Origin: a virus
Length of the DNA: 64,000 nucleotides
Reading direction: 5' to 3' (one strand)
IMG/VR virus record: IMGVR_UViG_3300028786_000006
Location: 1 to 64,000 of that record
The notes beneath the pieces were generated by a model that was given only the letters and a program-made list of their open reading frames with translations, did not search any database and was not told the origin of the DNA. A program made the translations under genes and the position numbers. Below are positions 17,226 through 27,267 of the stretch, one piece after another; positions within the stretch are counted from its first letter, which is position 1; the number at the start of each line of letters is the position of its first letter.

Positions 17226-18632
17226 CTATGCTGCGGCTTTGAGGCCGAGCTTGCTGTTGAACTGGTCGATAATCTGCCAGACCGTGTCGGCGACCTTTTT
17301 GTCTGTCCGCCGGTCAATATAGCGCGGCAGAAACAGGCTATACAGGCCGCCGGCCTTGGACGGGAACATGATGTTGTTGAAGCGGACCGTGAAGATGCTG
17401 CCGATCAGGTTGGCCTTGTCAGCGTTGATTTCCAGGTGACGTTCCCAGGTGAAGCCGCTGGCGCCGATGTTGACACGCAGCTGACCGCATTCAGATACCA
17501 TGGTAATGGAACCGAAGGTGTCAGCATACTTGCCTTCGCCCTTGTTGAACGACTCAACGCGCAGCTCGATGTCAACTTCAGGTTTGACCTTCAGTTGCTT
17601 CTGGCTGGTGCCGTCTTTCCAGAGGCCGTCAGGGCACTTGATCACCAGGCCTTCCAGCTTGCGGGCCAGGACTTCAGCGTAGTGTGCCAGCACTTCTTCA
17701 AAGTTACGGCACCGCTTCGATTCGATCAAAGTTACGCCGCTACCGGTCACCTGGTCGATGCAGTACGACAGGTCTTCGAAGCGCTCGTCATACTTGTCGT
17801 TCGCCGCGCCGGTCTTGTACTCGCCAACGGAGACCATGTCCCACGCCTGGTAGACCGCGATGAGGGTCGGATTGTCCCAGACGCCCGTCTTGGCCCACTG
17901 GTTGAAGATGCCGTTACCGACTTCACGCGGGAGGATCTCGCCGGTGGAGAGGCTCTTGACGAGCAGTTCACCGTCCAACTTGAAATCGATTACCGGGGAG
18001 ACCTTGGACATCTGGTTGATCGCTTCACGAACGGCCGCAAACGGGGCGCCGGTCGTTGGGATCGGGGTGCCTTCGCGGGAGAACAGACCACCGTCGTTGA
18101 ACAGGTGGCCGAACATACCGTCAGCTTTCAGCTGGCTGAATACGCCCCGTTCCCAGTTCAGCTTTTCGCGATACTGAGGTTTGTTGGTCTCGCACCGCAT
18201 GTAGTGCCAGACAGGGAACAGACCTTCAAATACCGATTCGATGGTCTTCGGGCCGGCCCCGGCGCGGATGTCGCGTTTGATCATGTACGTCAGCAGCTCG
18301 TTGTCTTCGTCGCCCAGGGCGTTGACCGATTCCTGGAGCAGATAGAGCGCTTCGTTGCCGCTGACCGCCCGGTTGGGCAGCTTCGCAAACAGCTCGTTCG
18401 CGACATCCCAGAAGGTCTTGGGTTGGGCGAACATGGAGAAGACACCGCCGCCGGCTGTCTTTTCTGGAAGACCGGTTTGGAACCAGTTGTGGCCAGTGTG
18501 GTACGTGAGTTCGAGGTAGCGTTTGAGCTCAGGGTTGTCGATGTGTTTCTCGAGCAGCGCCTTTTTGGCGTTGGAACCCTTGAGTTCCTGGAGCTCTTTG
18601 ATGACGGCATATACGCCAGTGGTGCTGGACAT
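17226..18632 (-). CDS. gp30: ATP-dependent DNA ligase gp30
   Basis: QLKADG (KxDG), LDGEL, EGLVIK, SLFLPR. Confidence 0.95.
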   Translation of the reverse strand: MSSTTGVYAVIKELQELKGSNAKKALLEKHIDNPELKRYLELTYHTGHNWFQTGLPEKTAGGGVFSMFAQPKTFWDVANELFAKLPNRAVSGNEALYLLQESVNALGDEDNELLTYMIKRDIRAGAGPKTIESVFEGLFPVWHYMRCETNKPQYREKLNWERGVFSQLKADGMFGHLFNDGGLFSREGTPIPTTGAPFAAVREAINQMSKVSPVIDFKLDGELLVKSLSTGEILPREVGNGIFNQWAKTGVWDNPTLIAVYQAWDMVSVGEYKTGAANDKYDERFEDLSYCIDQVTGSGVTLIESKRCRNFEEVLAHYAEVLARKLEGLVIKCPDGLWKDGTSQKQLKVKPEVDIELRVESFNKGEGKYADTFGSITMVSECGQLRVNIGASGFTWERHLEINADKANLIGSIFTVRFNNIMFPSKAGGLYSLFLPRYIDRRTDKKVADTVWQIIDQFNSKLGLKAAA

Positions 18633-18634
18633 TA

Positions 18635-18892
18635 CTAAACCTCAAAAAAGTCAAATAGACTGTTGGTGGACGATGGCTTGATTAACGCCGGGTCAACGAA
18701 TAATACGTGGCGGTCGCACATACCACAAGCCGAGCAGGTTCGCAGTTGTACCACGGAACCCAGGGCCGGGATAGGGGTGGCCCATGCGGCTTGATCCTTC
18801 GGGGTCATGATGCGGTAGACCACCGGGGAGCCTGTTGAGCCTCCGCATTTACATTCCATTCGAAGGCCTGGCGGGGGGCGCAACAACCACAA
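18635..18892 (-). CDS. small Zn-ribbon protein
   Basis: CKCG...CSACG; true start may be the internal MECKC. Confidence 0.5.
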   Translation of the reverse strand: MWLLRPPPGLRMECKCGGSTGSPVVYRIMTPKDQAAWATPIPALGSVVQLRTCSACGMCDRHVLFVDPALIKPSSTNSLFDFFEV

Positions 18893-19079
18893 AGCGTTGG
18901 CGGTTCTTGCGGCTGAGAGGGAAGAAGCCCTGGGTCACCGAACCAATGCCACAGGTAACAGGAGAGCACCCGATACCCAGCGACTCCTTCCTCCAAACGC
19001 CAGTGCTCGGATCACAGGAAGACCAGACCGCGCCGGTTTTCTTCTTGACCACATACGAACGACCTTGGCTGTAATGCAT
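18849..19079 (-). CDS. hypothetical protein
   Basis: GAGGAG SD upstream. Confidence 0.5.
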   Translation of the reverse strand: MHYSQGRSYVVKKKTGAVWSSCDPSTGVWRKESLGIGCSPVTCGIGSVTQGFFPLSRKNRQRFVVVAPPARPSNGM

Positions 19080-19134
19080 ATGAACTCCTCAAAGGCGAAA
19101 AACCCGGCGCGGGGCCGGGTTTTTGTGGGGCGGG

Positions 19135-19737
19135 TTACACGTACGAGTTGATGATAGATGTTGCGTCGAGGATACCGCCGACACCTTGAGGGTGGAACTC
19201 GTGGCGGCCGTCAGGCATGCGCTTCAACGAACCGATGTGCACGGCGGTGTCGGCCGAGTAGTCTTGGGTCAGGTTGTATCGCTTCAGCACGTTGCCGGTT
19301 GCTTCGTCCATGACGTCGAAGTGTGCGTTCGAGATCATACCGAAGTTCTGCTTACGCTTGTCGGCCTCGAAGATGATCGCAAAGATTTCATGCGAGCCAC
19401 GGTCCGCAGGCAGGTCTTTGATCTTCGCCAGGAAGTGCTCAGGCAGCGCAGCCCCACCCTTCTTGTTATCGACCGGGACGCCCAGGGAATTGTTATCGTT
19501 CCACTTGTGCTTGAAGTACATCACGTGCTTGACGTCGTCGATGGTACCATCCAACGCGGTGGAGACCACGAAGATGTCAATGTCGAACTCGTAGCCGCCG
19601 GCCGTGCTGGAGGCCTTTGCGTCCCAGGTCAGTTGACCGCGCAGGGTGACCAGGTCAGGGGCTTCTTTTTCCAGGTCCAGAACCAGGGCCGGGTTACCTT
19701 TAACCAGATCGAGTACCAGTGGGGCTTTGGTGTTCAT
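19135..19737 (-). CDS. terD: TerD-family stress protein
   Basis: LTWD...FDIDI, IFEADKRKQNFG, YNLTQDYSADTAV, EFHPQGVG. Confidence 0.85.
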   Translation of the reverse strand: MNTKAPLVLDLVKGNPALVLDLEKEAPDLVTLRGQLTWDAKASSTAGGYEFDIDIFVVSTALDGTIDDVKHVMYFKHKWNDNNSLGVPVDNKKGGAALPEHFLAKIKDLPADRGSHEIFAIIFEADKRKQNFGMISNAHFDVMDEATGNVLKRYNLTQDYSADTAVHIGSLKRMPDGRHEFHPQGVGGILDATSIINSYV

Positions 19738-19747
19738 AGGTGTATCC

Positions 19748-20791
19748 TCAAGCAATGGCGAGTTTATGTTCGCGACGGTTAACGATGGTGGAGTGAATGA
19801 ACGCGCCGCCGATGCAGAGTACGCTGACGGTGGCGATCAGCCATTCGGGTAAGTGGAACTGAACACCGATCATCATGGCCTGGGACAACGCCAGGATGGC
19901 GAGGAACGCGCCGTTTTCTAGGAAGCGGTAGGTCTCAAGGCTGCCGGTCTTGTCCATGTAGATGGTAAGGCAACGTACAGCCATCGCACCAACTGCCAGG
20001 CCGGCGGTAACCGCCCAGATGCTGTTACTGATTGCAAACGCAGCCACTACACCGTCAAAGCTGAACGAGGCGTCGAGCACTTCCAGATAGATGAACGTAC
20101 CCAGGCCACCGGCCAGTACCTTGAACCGGGTAGTCTTCATCCAGGTGTCGAGTTCTTCCAGGGAAGCCTTGGCGAATTCGACTGCGATGAACACGAGCAC
20201 ACCACCGACCGCCGCGTAGAAGAAGTTCGAACTACCGTTGAACGTGGAGTAAGCATAAGCGATACCGAGGACGATTAGGGCGTTGGCTTGTTCAAGCTTG
20301 CCGACCTGGATCACTTTGGCCAACCAATGCAATGGCACTTCCAAAGGTTTGAACCAGTGCATATCCTTCTCGTGGTTCACGAAGAAGTGCAGGGCGGCCA
20401 TCATCAAGAAGGCACCACCGGCGCCGGCTACGATGTCATGGGAGGACAGGAGTACCGCAGCGAACTGGTCAGGGTTACTGACAGCCAGTTGATACGCATC
20501 GACCAGGCCCATATTACCCAGCTGAGCAACGATCTCGAGCGGCAAGTAGAATCGCATGACCCCTACCGCGACGAACATACCGACCCACAGGAACATGGTC
20601 TTCCAGAAATGGTTCATTTCCTTCAGTTTGGCGGCGTTCATTACCGCGTTGTCGAAGCTGACCGAGATTTCGACGACGGTCAAGACCATGGCGGTGTACA
20701 GCAGCGCCAGGCTACCGGTAAAGAACCAGAGGAGGCTGTAGACCACCAGCGCGAAGATCAGCGTGACTCGGAAGTGTTTCAAGAGTTCCAT
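19748..20791 (-). CDS. TerC-related (DUF475-type) membrane protein
   Basis: EISVSFDNAVMNA and YLEVLDASFSFDGVVAAFA; multiple TM segments. Confidence 0.9.
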   Translation of the reverse strand: MELLKHFRVTLIFALVVYSLLWFFTGSLALLYTAMVLTVVEISVSFDNAVMNAAKLKEMNHFWKTMFLWVGMFVAVGVMRFYLPLEIVAQLGNMGLVDAYQLAVSNPDQFAAVLLSSHDIVAGAGGAFLMMAALHFFVNHEKDMHWFKPLEVPLHWLAKVIQVGKLEQANALIVLGIAYAYSTFNGSSNFFYAAVGGVLVFIAVEFAKASLEELDTWMKTTRFKVLAGGLGTFIYLEVLDASFSFDGVVAAFAISNSIWAVTAGLAVGAMAVRCLTIYMDKTGSLETYRFLENGAFLAILALSQAMMIGVQFHLPEWLIATVSVLCIGGAFIHSTIVNRREHKLAIA

Positions 20792-20831
20792 GGTACGTGT
20801 ATTCCTTGAAGTGTTGGCGAAAGCGCCGGGT

Positions 20832-21572
20832 TTAGCCGTTGATCCAGGAGGCGAACTTTTCGTTCGCCAGGAGCTCGAAGAAGTCCTCGTCCGACAGCAG
20901 GGTAGGCTGAGGGATGTGGATGAAGTGCATGTGCGGGTAATTCGCCGCGATGCGGGTCAGGTAGTTCAGGTTCACCTGGTTACCGATGGCGAAGAATTGG
21001 AAGAACGTGTCACCGGAGGTCTTTGCCATCTGGCGTTCGAATTCAGCCGGGTCCATGTTATCGCCGTCGGTGATAACACCAACATACGCACGGTATGGCG
21101 AGGTGCCTTCAGAGGTGGGTGTAGGCGCCGGGGCCTGGGCACCACCGAAAATGCGAGAGAGGAACCCAGCCTTCTTGACCGGTTCAGTAACAGCAGACGC
21201 CGATTGCACTTGACGGCTTTCGAAGTTCTGGATGATCGGACCGTAATGCGTACCGCCGCCCGGCCGGGTCATACCGTGCTTCGCCAGATACTTGCCAAGG
21301 TCAGACTTGGTGGCAGAAGGCGCTTCTTTCCACGTGGAACTGAAGAACCCGACGTCCAGGGTTTCGTTATCGTCGAAGGTTAGGGCCGCAGCCAGGAAGC
21401 GGTCGATGGTGCGCTGTACCAGCCCGCCTTCGTACTCTTCAGACATCGAGGTCGAGAAATCCAGCGCCAGGCGGGTTTCCATGGTAGGGATTTCAAGAAC
21501 CCCCGCTTTCGACAGGTCCAGGACGAGGGCGTCCCGGGCTTTGGTCAGGTCTAACACAAGTGGCGTGGACAT
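20832..21572 (-). CDS. vWA domain protein (TerF-like vWA)
   Basis: MIDAS motif DFSTSM, GGTHY, ITDGD, FFQF. Confidence 0.85.
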   Translation of the reverse strand: MSTPLVLDLTKARDALVLDLSKAGVLEIPTMETRLALDFSTSMSEEYEGGLVQRTIDRFLAAALTFDDNETLDVGFFSSTWKEAPSATKSDLGKYLAKHGMTRPGGGTHYGPIIQNFESRQVQSASAVTEPVKKAGFLSRIFGGAQAPAPTPTSEGTSPYRAYVGVITDGDNMDPAEFERQMAKTSGDTFFQFFAIGNQVNLNYLTRIAANYPHMHFIHIPQPTLLSDEDFFELLANEKFASWING

Positions 21573-22702
21573 CAAAGTGCTCCTTCAGCATTCAGGGCAG
21601 TCAGAAAGGCCTGTTGAGACTTCTCAACATCCTTCCAACCAATTTGTCGCTGGGTCTCGGCGGCCGAGTAGATTTCACGTACCTTGACTACCGCACCCAA
21701 CATCTTTTGACGCATGTGATTCATGGTTTCGTTGGTGATGGTCGGGGCAACCGTAGAGGCTGCTGATTCAACCATCACATCTGCAATCATGTCCGAGGTA
21801 CGGACCAGTGTTTCATTGCCAAGCTGGCGAGCCAGGTCAACCGCCTTGATCGAATCTTTACCGTCAAGGGCGGCGGCGTAGATGGCAAAATCCATCTTCA
21901 CGAACGGAATGACTTCTACCATAACTTCACGAAGGCTGGTAGCGCAACCCCGCAGAGCTTCTTGAATACCCATAATTTTTGGGCAGTTGAGCTCGGCCAG
22001 AGTTTTACCGCGCATCAGACCATCAAGTTTACCGCGCAGACGGCGCAGGCGGGTTTCAGCCTTGCGATACGCCTGGGTCTTCATGATGGCTTCTGGGTCG
22101 GTCGGGTCGATCACCGGCAGGTTGGTGATGGTGCGCTCCATGGAGGCAATCCACTGCTGGGTGCTCTGGATTTCCAGCATGGTCTGGTTGTAGACCCGGA
22201 AGTTGTCATCGTACACATCATCAAGGTCGTTTACCCAAGTTTCGGCGATGGCGATGTAGCCACTCATCTTCGTTTCCATGGCATCGAAGGACTCCTCGGC
22301 GGTACGGATTCGCTTCAGTACGGTGTGCTTGACATCGTAGATGCGGTTGGTGAGCCAGCCCAGGAGACCCTTGTTGATGATGGTAGCCGGGTCCAGACGG
22401 TCAGCCTGTAGTACCACATGCCCCAGAATGTCACCAAGCTCACCATAAGATGACGTGGCGCGTTGCTTGTTGATGTCGGTGAACTTGGTCGCCACCGTCT
22501 TCATCATTTGACCATTCTTCGTACCGATCTGGTCAATGTCCTCATCGGACACCGGTAGCAGGATCTCCTGTACGCCAACGGTGACCACGCTGCGGTTGCC
22601 CAGGGGGCTTGCCGGGCGTGCCATTACCGGCATCTCAGGAGGCGAGGCGAAGGGGCTCTGCGTTGCGACTGGGGTGGGTGTCCGGGACAATGGTGAAGTC
22701 AT
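21572..22702 (-). CDS. TelA / toxic anion resistance coiled-coil protein
   Basis: GELGDIL...LDP...KGLLGWL; long helical protein in ter context. Confidence 0.75.
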   Translation of the reverse strand: MTSPLSRTPTPVATQSPFASPPEMPVMARPASPLGNRSVVTVGVQEILLPVSDEDIDQIGTKNGQMMKTVATKFTDINKQRATSSYGELGDILGHVVLQADRLDPATIINKGLLGWLTNRIYDVKHTVLKRIRTAEESFDAMETKMSGYIAIAETWVNDLDDVYDDNFRVYNQTMLEIQSTQQWIASMERTITNLPVIDPTDPEAIMKTQAYRKAETRLRRLRGKLDGLMRGKTLAELNCPKIMGIQEALRGCATSLREVMVEVIPFVKMDFAIYAAALDGKDSIKAVDLARQLGNETLVRTSDMIADVMVESAASTVAPTITNETMNHMRQKMLGAVVKVREIYSAAETQRQIGWKDVEKSQQAFLTALNAEGAL

Positions 22703-22740
22703 GTTCGTGGTCTCTTAGTGAGATGGTTCCGATGGGGCGC

Positions 22741-22769
22741 AGTTTAACCAGCCCCGGTTGAGTTGTAAA
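22741..22769 (-). promoter_or_regulatory. promoter of the ter operon
   Basis: TTTACA-17-TAAACT. Confidence 0.65.
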
Positions 22770-22772
22770 GCT

Positions 22773-24038
22773 TCAGGCGTCTTTTTGTGGCTCAATACGC
22801 TTGAATTTGGCGTAGCCGATTCGGGTCTCTTTGATGTCGTTGTACGTGGAGTGCTCCATGATACGGGCGGTTGCGTGGTATACGTCACCGGCTTCCGCGT
22901 TGCGCCAGTGGCCTTCTACTTCGTCGCCCAGGGCATTACCGGTCTTGGACACGAACAAGCGCCCGGCCTCATCCGTGAACTTGTAGAGGTATGTGCGACC
23001 CCAATCGCCGTCGAAGTATGTCTTGAACGTGAGCTCAAGGATGAGGTCTATCTTGTCCTTCACGGCGCCGTAGTGCTCGTTCAAAACAGGGCGCTTACCC
23101 TCCTGGGACTTCTTCATGTTCATGTACGAGCCCACGATCCAGAACGCGATAGACCTCCATGGGCGGCCGACGTACCCGTCACGGATATAGAGGCCCAGCT
23201 CCCGGTGGAACTCGTTACCGCCTTCGGCCTGGGCCTTGGACCAGTTGATAGCGTCCTGGACCACCAGGAGATCAGCGTCGGTGACCTTGTTGGCTAGGAT
23301 GTCAAACTTGTTGTACGGGGCTTTGGGGTTGGGGTGCTGATTGAACGCAATCGACATCCACTCAGAAGTTGGCATCCCCTTTTCGGTGTTGTTGCCCAGT
23401 GCCCATCCGTCATTCTGGTCAATGATGTACTTGGCCACGGTGAGATAGTCGACCAGATCTTCCACGCAGTCATCTGAGACATACCTGGCGCCGCCGAACT
23501 CAGATTCCAGGTCAGGCCCAAGGGACTTGAGCAGGGCCATGCTCAGGATGGTTTCAGGCGTGCCCCACCCAAGAAAGTCGGCCACGCAGCTGTTACCCAC
23601 AGCTTTCTCTTCACCCTCTTCGCTGCGGACCACGATCATCTTGTTGCGGAAGACCCGGCGGTTGCAGTGGTCGCACACCTGGGCCTTACGCGGGGCTAAC
23701 CGGGTCCGCATGCTCTCTGAGATTGGGGAGACAATCTTGAACTCCGCCTCGCTCTGCTGGCCGCTGTAATCAGCTACCGCCATCAATGTCCAGCCGTTTA
23801 CCTTGATATCGCGACCGATGAAAGTGCTCTCGATGGTGACAACAACCACCTCGATTTCCACCTCGATTAGTTGGGTCGGGTCGAAAAAGCTTTGAACTTC
23901 CAGGGTAACGAGAGACCGGGCGCCGAACGTGGCCTTCACATCGTCAATAATGCCATGCATCTTCTTGATACGCTTGTTCAGGAAGCGAACCTTCTCGTTG
24001 AACTCTTCGATGCGTGACACGTTGATCTTCAGTTCCAT
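22773..24038 (-). CDS. Zn-ribbon plus OB-fold-like phage protein
   Basis: CDHC..R.R...VGNSC..DFLG; beta-rich C-terminus. Confidence 0.7.
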   Translation of the reverse strand: MELKINVSRIEEFNEKVRFLNKRIKKMHGIIDDVKATFGARSLVTLEVQSFFDPTQLIEVEIEVVVVTIESTFIGRDIKVNGWTLMAVADYSGQQSEAEFKIVSPISESMRTRLAPRKAQVCDHCNRRVFRNKMIVVRSEEGEEKAVGNSCVADFLGWGTPETILSMALLKSLGPDLESEFGGARYVSDDCVEDLVDYLTVAKYIIDQNDGWALGNNTEKGMPTSEWMSIAFNQHPNPKAPYNKFDILANKVTDADLLVVQDAINWSKAQAEGGNEFHRELGLYIRDGYVGRPWRSIAFWIVGSYMNMKKSQEGKRPVLNEHYGAVKDKIDLILELTFKTYFDGDWGRTYLYKFTDEAGRLFVSKTGNALGDEVEGHWRNAEAGDVYHATARIMEHSTYNDIKETRIGYAKFKRIEPQKDA

Positions 24039-24121
24039 GACGGCGTCTCGGTTTGTCAGTATGTTGAACATAATAAAACAAAAAGTCCGCCCCGGCAACC
24101 CAGGGCGGACTTTATTTTGAA

Positions 24122-24598
24122 TCATTCGAACTCGTTGTATCGACGAACGCCCATGAAGTCCACCTGCTGCCCGGTATGCTGGACGGCCCAGGACAACGCA
24201 GAGAAGAAATACGGCTCATCCATCGCGGTGCCTTCCTTCATAAAGTCGCACACCAAGTCTTCGATATCGAACTCGTATACATGGCGCCGCGACACCACTC
24301 CGACATCTTCGTACTGCGACTCGTATTTGAAACCGAACGCCAGGAACTCATCGACTGGGCCAACCAGGCGGAACTGGATGCGGTGGTTGTCGCCGTACTG
24401 CTTGCGAAGAATTTCCTCCAGGTTGGTCTTGGTCAGGTCAACGAACAGGCAGTTGGCCGGGCGGCCGTCCATCCATACGGTGTACAGGGTCAAGATACTG
24501 GCCCGCTCCATACACTTGCGGGTTCGCATACGATCGGTGTGGACACCAAACCAACTCAGGAAGCGGTCAAACATGCCAGGGGTGCTGTTAGCTCTCAT
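24122..24598 (-). CDS. hypothetical protein
   Basis: ORF in operon; terminator at ~24081-24118. Confidence 0.6.
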   Translation of the reverse strand: MRANSTPGMFDRFLSWFGVHTDRMRTRKCMERASILTLYTVWMDGRPANCLFVDLTKTNLEEILRKQYGDNHRIQFRLVGPVDEFLAFGFKYESQYEDVGVVSRRHVYEFDIEDLVCDFMKEGTAMDEPYFFSALSWAVQHTGQQVDFMGVRRYNEFE

Positions 24599-24893
24599 CG
24601 GGTTGTAATACCAGTTCAGGGTTCGACTTCATCAGAAGCTCGAACGGTTCATGAAATTCGCGGGTCAATACACGACCGCTGCCTTCCGCCAATTGCTCTG
24701 CAGCATAGTACCCAATCATCGCCAGGCGCCGCAAGCTTTGAATCTCGGTCTCGCATTCAAGGAGGGCCGCAGCGGTGAGGTCAGTTTCGAACATCTTCTC
24801 GAGCTGGGTTTCGAGCTCTTTCACCCGAGCATCACGTTCTTTCAATTGCCCGATTAGTTCCGGGCGACCTACATCAAGTCTCAGCGGTTTCAC
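24588..24893 (-). CDS. coiled-coil hypothetical protein
   Basis: overlapping stop/start arrangement. Confidence 0.55.
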   Translation of the reverse strand: MKPLRLDVGRPELIGQLKERDARVKELETQLEKMFETDLTAAALLECETEIQSLRRLAMIGYYAAEQLAEGSGRVLTREFHEPFELLMKSNPELVLQPDES

Positions 24894-25522
24894 TTTTGAA
24901 TCTCCATCCAGTCAGTTACGATCTTTCGATCTTTTTCATGCCACAGGTTGAGGGTTGGGACCTCATTATCAATGGCGCATCGGTACGCGGTATTGGTGCC
25001 ACCCTTGACGAAGCCCCTGCCCTGTGGCTCGGCGAAGAACACCACCAGGTTGGAAGGAAATGCCAGGCTTTGGCCCAGTACCTGATAAATGTTGCGGGCG
25101 TGGAGCGCCTTGGACCAAGAATCCAGCTGGTCCCATACCGGGTGAATGTCAGCCGCCTCGAGCCTGGCGCCCAACCAGTTAGTCTGCCGTGGCCCTGAAA
25201 TGCAGTGGTGCCACGTCTCCGGGTCGTCATGCCGATACGTCTGTTCGGTGCGTATGCGGTGACCAGGTGGCGAAGTTTCAGATGGCATGAAGATCTTCAC
25301 CAATGGTGATGCCTGGGCGATCGTCATGGACTGTTCTTCGATGTACCGCCGGTAGCCGCTGTAGAACGCGTCATCACTACCGTGGGCATCACCACCACGA
25401 AACAACAGACCCATTCGGGCGGCCTCGTACCCAACGTCGAACATCAGACGCCAGATGTGGTCTGGTATGTTACGGGCACCAACGCCGGTGAGGATTTGGC
25501 CCTTGACCAGTTCAGATATCAT
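24890..25522 (-). CDS. SLOG/DprA-like Rossmann-fold protein
   Basis: TGVGARNIP, RGGDAHGSD.AF, HARN.YQVLG, GGT.TA. Confidence 0.75.
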   Translation of the reverse strand: MISELVKGQILTGVGARNIPDHIWRLMFDVGYEAARMGLLFRGGDAHGSDDAFYSGYRRYIEEQSMTIAQASPLVKIFMPSETSPPGHRIRTEQTYRHDDPETWHHCISGPRQTNWLGARLEAADIHPVWDQLDSWSKALHARNIYQVLGQSLAFPSNLVVFFAEPQGRGFVKGGTNTAYRCAIDNEVPTLNLWHEKDRKIVTDWMEIQK

Positions 25523-25524
25523 GC

Positions 25525-26091
25525 TCAGTTATCCAGAAGGTCGATCATGCGAGGGTGCCAGCCGCGATAGTCCACGTCCAGGCGCTTTGCTGCCCGCATG
25601 ACCTGGTTAGCCGCCCGCTTCCACAGGGCTGAGTCACCACGCATCAGATACGGCAGGAGAAGGGCCTTCTCGGCGATGTATACCTTGGCGAACGCGGGGT
25701 CAGCCTCAGCGATGTCGCGGGTATTTGAAATCAGGTCACCCAGCTTAACATTTTGGGCTTCTCGCTCAGCATTGGCCAGGTGTCGTCGGTCTTTGGCTAC
25801 GCGGGCTTCGCGGTTGCCGTCGGCCGGCCTGGAGACGTCGGTAACCTGCAACACCAGGGAGACGGTACGCTTGGGGAACAGGAAGCGCATAAGCTGGCCC
25901 CAGAACCCGGCGTCTTCAACGACGTCATGTAACCAGCAGGCGGCCAGGGTATGCTTGCACTTGGTGACGCGCTTGACGATGTGGTACACCTCGGCCGGGT
26001 GATTGATGTACGGCACCCCGCTGTATTTTCGGCGGTGTCCGCAGGCCCAATGGGCGAAGGTGGCGTAGAACTTGGCGAAGGCTACAAGCAT
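25525..26091 (-). CDS. HD-domain hydrolase, SpoT/Mesh1 (SAH)-like
   Basis: H.RKYSG.PYI.HP, WLHDVVED, VKLGDLISN. Confidence 0.85.
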   Translation of the reverse strand: MLVAFAKFYATFAHWACGHRRKYSGVPYINHPAEVYHIVKRVTKCKHTLAACWLHDVVEDAGFWGQLMRFLFPKRTVSLVLQVTDVSRPADGNREARVAKDRRHLANAEREAQNVKLGDLISNTRDIAEADPAFAKVYIAEKALLLPYLMRGDSALWKRAANQVMRAAKRLDVDYRGWHPRMIDLLDN

Positions 26092-26093
26092 GG

Positions 26094-26297
26094 TCAGTCG
26101 CTCACGGTTACTACAGTGCAGACATCATCGTCGCACCGCAGGTTGGCGGTATAGTAGAGGGTTTCGACCCGGCAATAGCCGCTGTCAATACAGTCTACCG
26201 TGATAGGCACAAGGCCCTGGGTATTGAACATTTCGGTGACATGAGCATTGAGCTGAGCCACGGTCAAGGTTAGCGCAAGCGCCGCCCCGGTAATCAT
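26094..26297 (-). CDS. small secreted Cys-containing protein
   Basis: hydrophobic N-terminus; four Cys. Confidence 0.5.
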   Translation of the reverse strand: MITGAALALTLTVAQLNAHVTEMFNTQGLVPITVDCIDSGYCRVETLYYTANLRCDDDVCTVVTVSD

Positions 26298-26863
26298 GCT
26301 TCGCCCCGAAGGATTTTGATCGCGTCCTTGATGTAAGTGCGAACATTGTCCGGGATCGTGAACGAGGTGCTGGCCAGCAACAGATTCAGGTACATGATGT
26401 GGGTCTCGATCCGGTCGTCGATTGTGCCCAGCGGTTTGTTATCCGGGTCCCAGGGGGTACAGAGGGGGTGCCCAAGGTCGATAACGAACGAATCTCGGGC
26501 GTTTGCCCGGTTGATCATGTCGGCGCAATCCGCACAGTAATGTTTGCGGGTCGAATGGTTGTACCAGGCGGCCCCCGGCTTCAAGCAGTCGCTGCGATTA
26601 CACAGACCGAACTTGGCACCCTTTTCATCGTTGAACTGGCCTTGGTCAACAACCAGGCGACAATCGAACGATGCTGGGAGAACAGCTTCAACCAGGTGAA
26701 TGCGAGAAAACGAACGCAAGTCACCAGGTTTACCCTGCTCAATCTCACGACCATTGACATAGTTGTCGTAGTCCTTGAGGGTTGCCAGCTCTGAATCAGC
26801 CACGAACACGAATGTCCCCTGGCCAAGATATTCAAACAGTTTTCCTTTGACGCCGATATCCAT
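26294..26863 (-). CDS. Zn-finger hypothetical protein
   Basis: CNRSDC...HYCADC; AGGAG SD; TTTACT-17-TATGCT promoter. Confidence 0.65.
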   Translation of the reverse strand: MDIGVKGKLFEYLGQGTFVFVADSELATLKDYDNYVNGREIEQGKPGDLRSFSRIHLVEAVLPASFDCRLVVDQGQFNDEKGAKFGLCNRSDCLKPGAAWYNHSTRKHYCADCADMINRANARDSFVIDLGHPLCTPWDPDNKPLGTIDDRIETHIMYLNLLLASTSFTIPDNVRTYIKDAIKILRGEA

Positions 26864-26958
26864 GACACTTCTCCTGCTCAATTTGGGTAAGCATACGCCC
26901 GCCCTGTTGTCAAGTAAACCCCAAAGAAAAGGCCTGAGCTTTCGCCCAGGCCTCGTGT

Positions 26959-27267
26959 TCAATTGCTGGCCTGAGCCTCACGGATCCGCGCAATGGTTGC
27001 CGGGTGCCCGTAGATGACGCCGTTGGCGAGGTATAAGGTTTCGCTAGGGCCGGCCACAGTGACCACCTTATGCGACTGGAGAGGACGCCATGGTAGGGTG
27101 AACAGGCGTTCAATCAGACCGCGCCGTTTCTTTTCTTGCTTCTCGGCCTGAAGGAACGGCGCGTCCGCCAACTTGAACCCGATGTATGACCGACCGGCGA
27201 TCATTTCATCGAGGGTTTTAAGCGGGAGTTTGTTCAAGATGAGCACTCTCTTTGGCGCTCTGCTCAT
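26959..27267 (-). CDS. hypothetical protein
   Basis: ORF; LIERLFTLPWRP. Confidence 0.6.
   Translation of the reverse strand: MSRAPKRVLILNKLPLKTLDEMIAGRSYIGFKLADAPFLQAEKQEKKRRGLIERLFTLPWRPLQSHKVVTVAGPSETLYLANGVIYGHPATIARIREAQASN

Noticed and set aside
17067-18638. 523-aa + strand ORF (likewise 40024..41622, 33245..34351, 12980..14008, 30626..31609)
   Set aside because: Antisense shadows of ligase, nrdA, gp32, topoisomerase and polymerase; explained by codon bias; no SD or motifs
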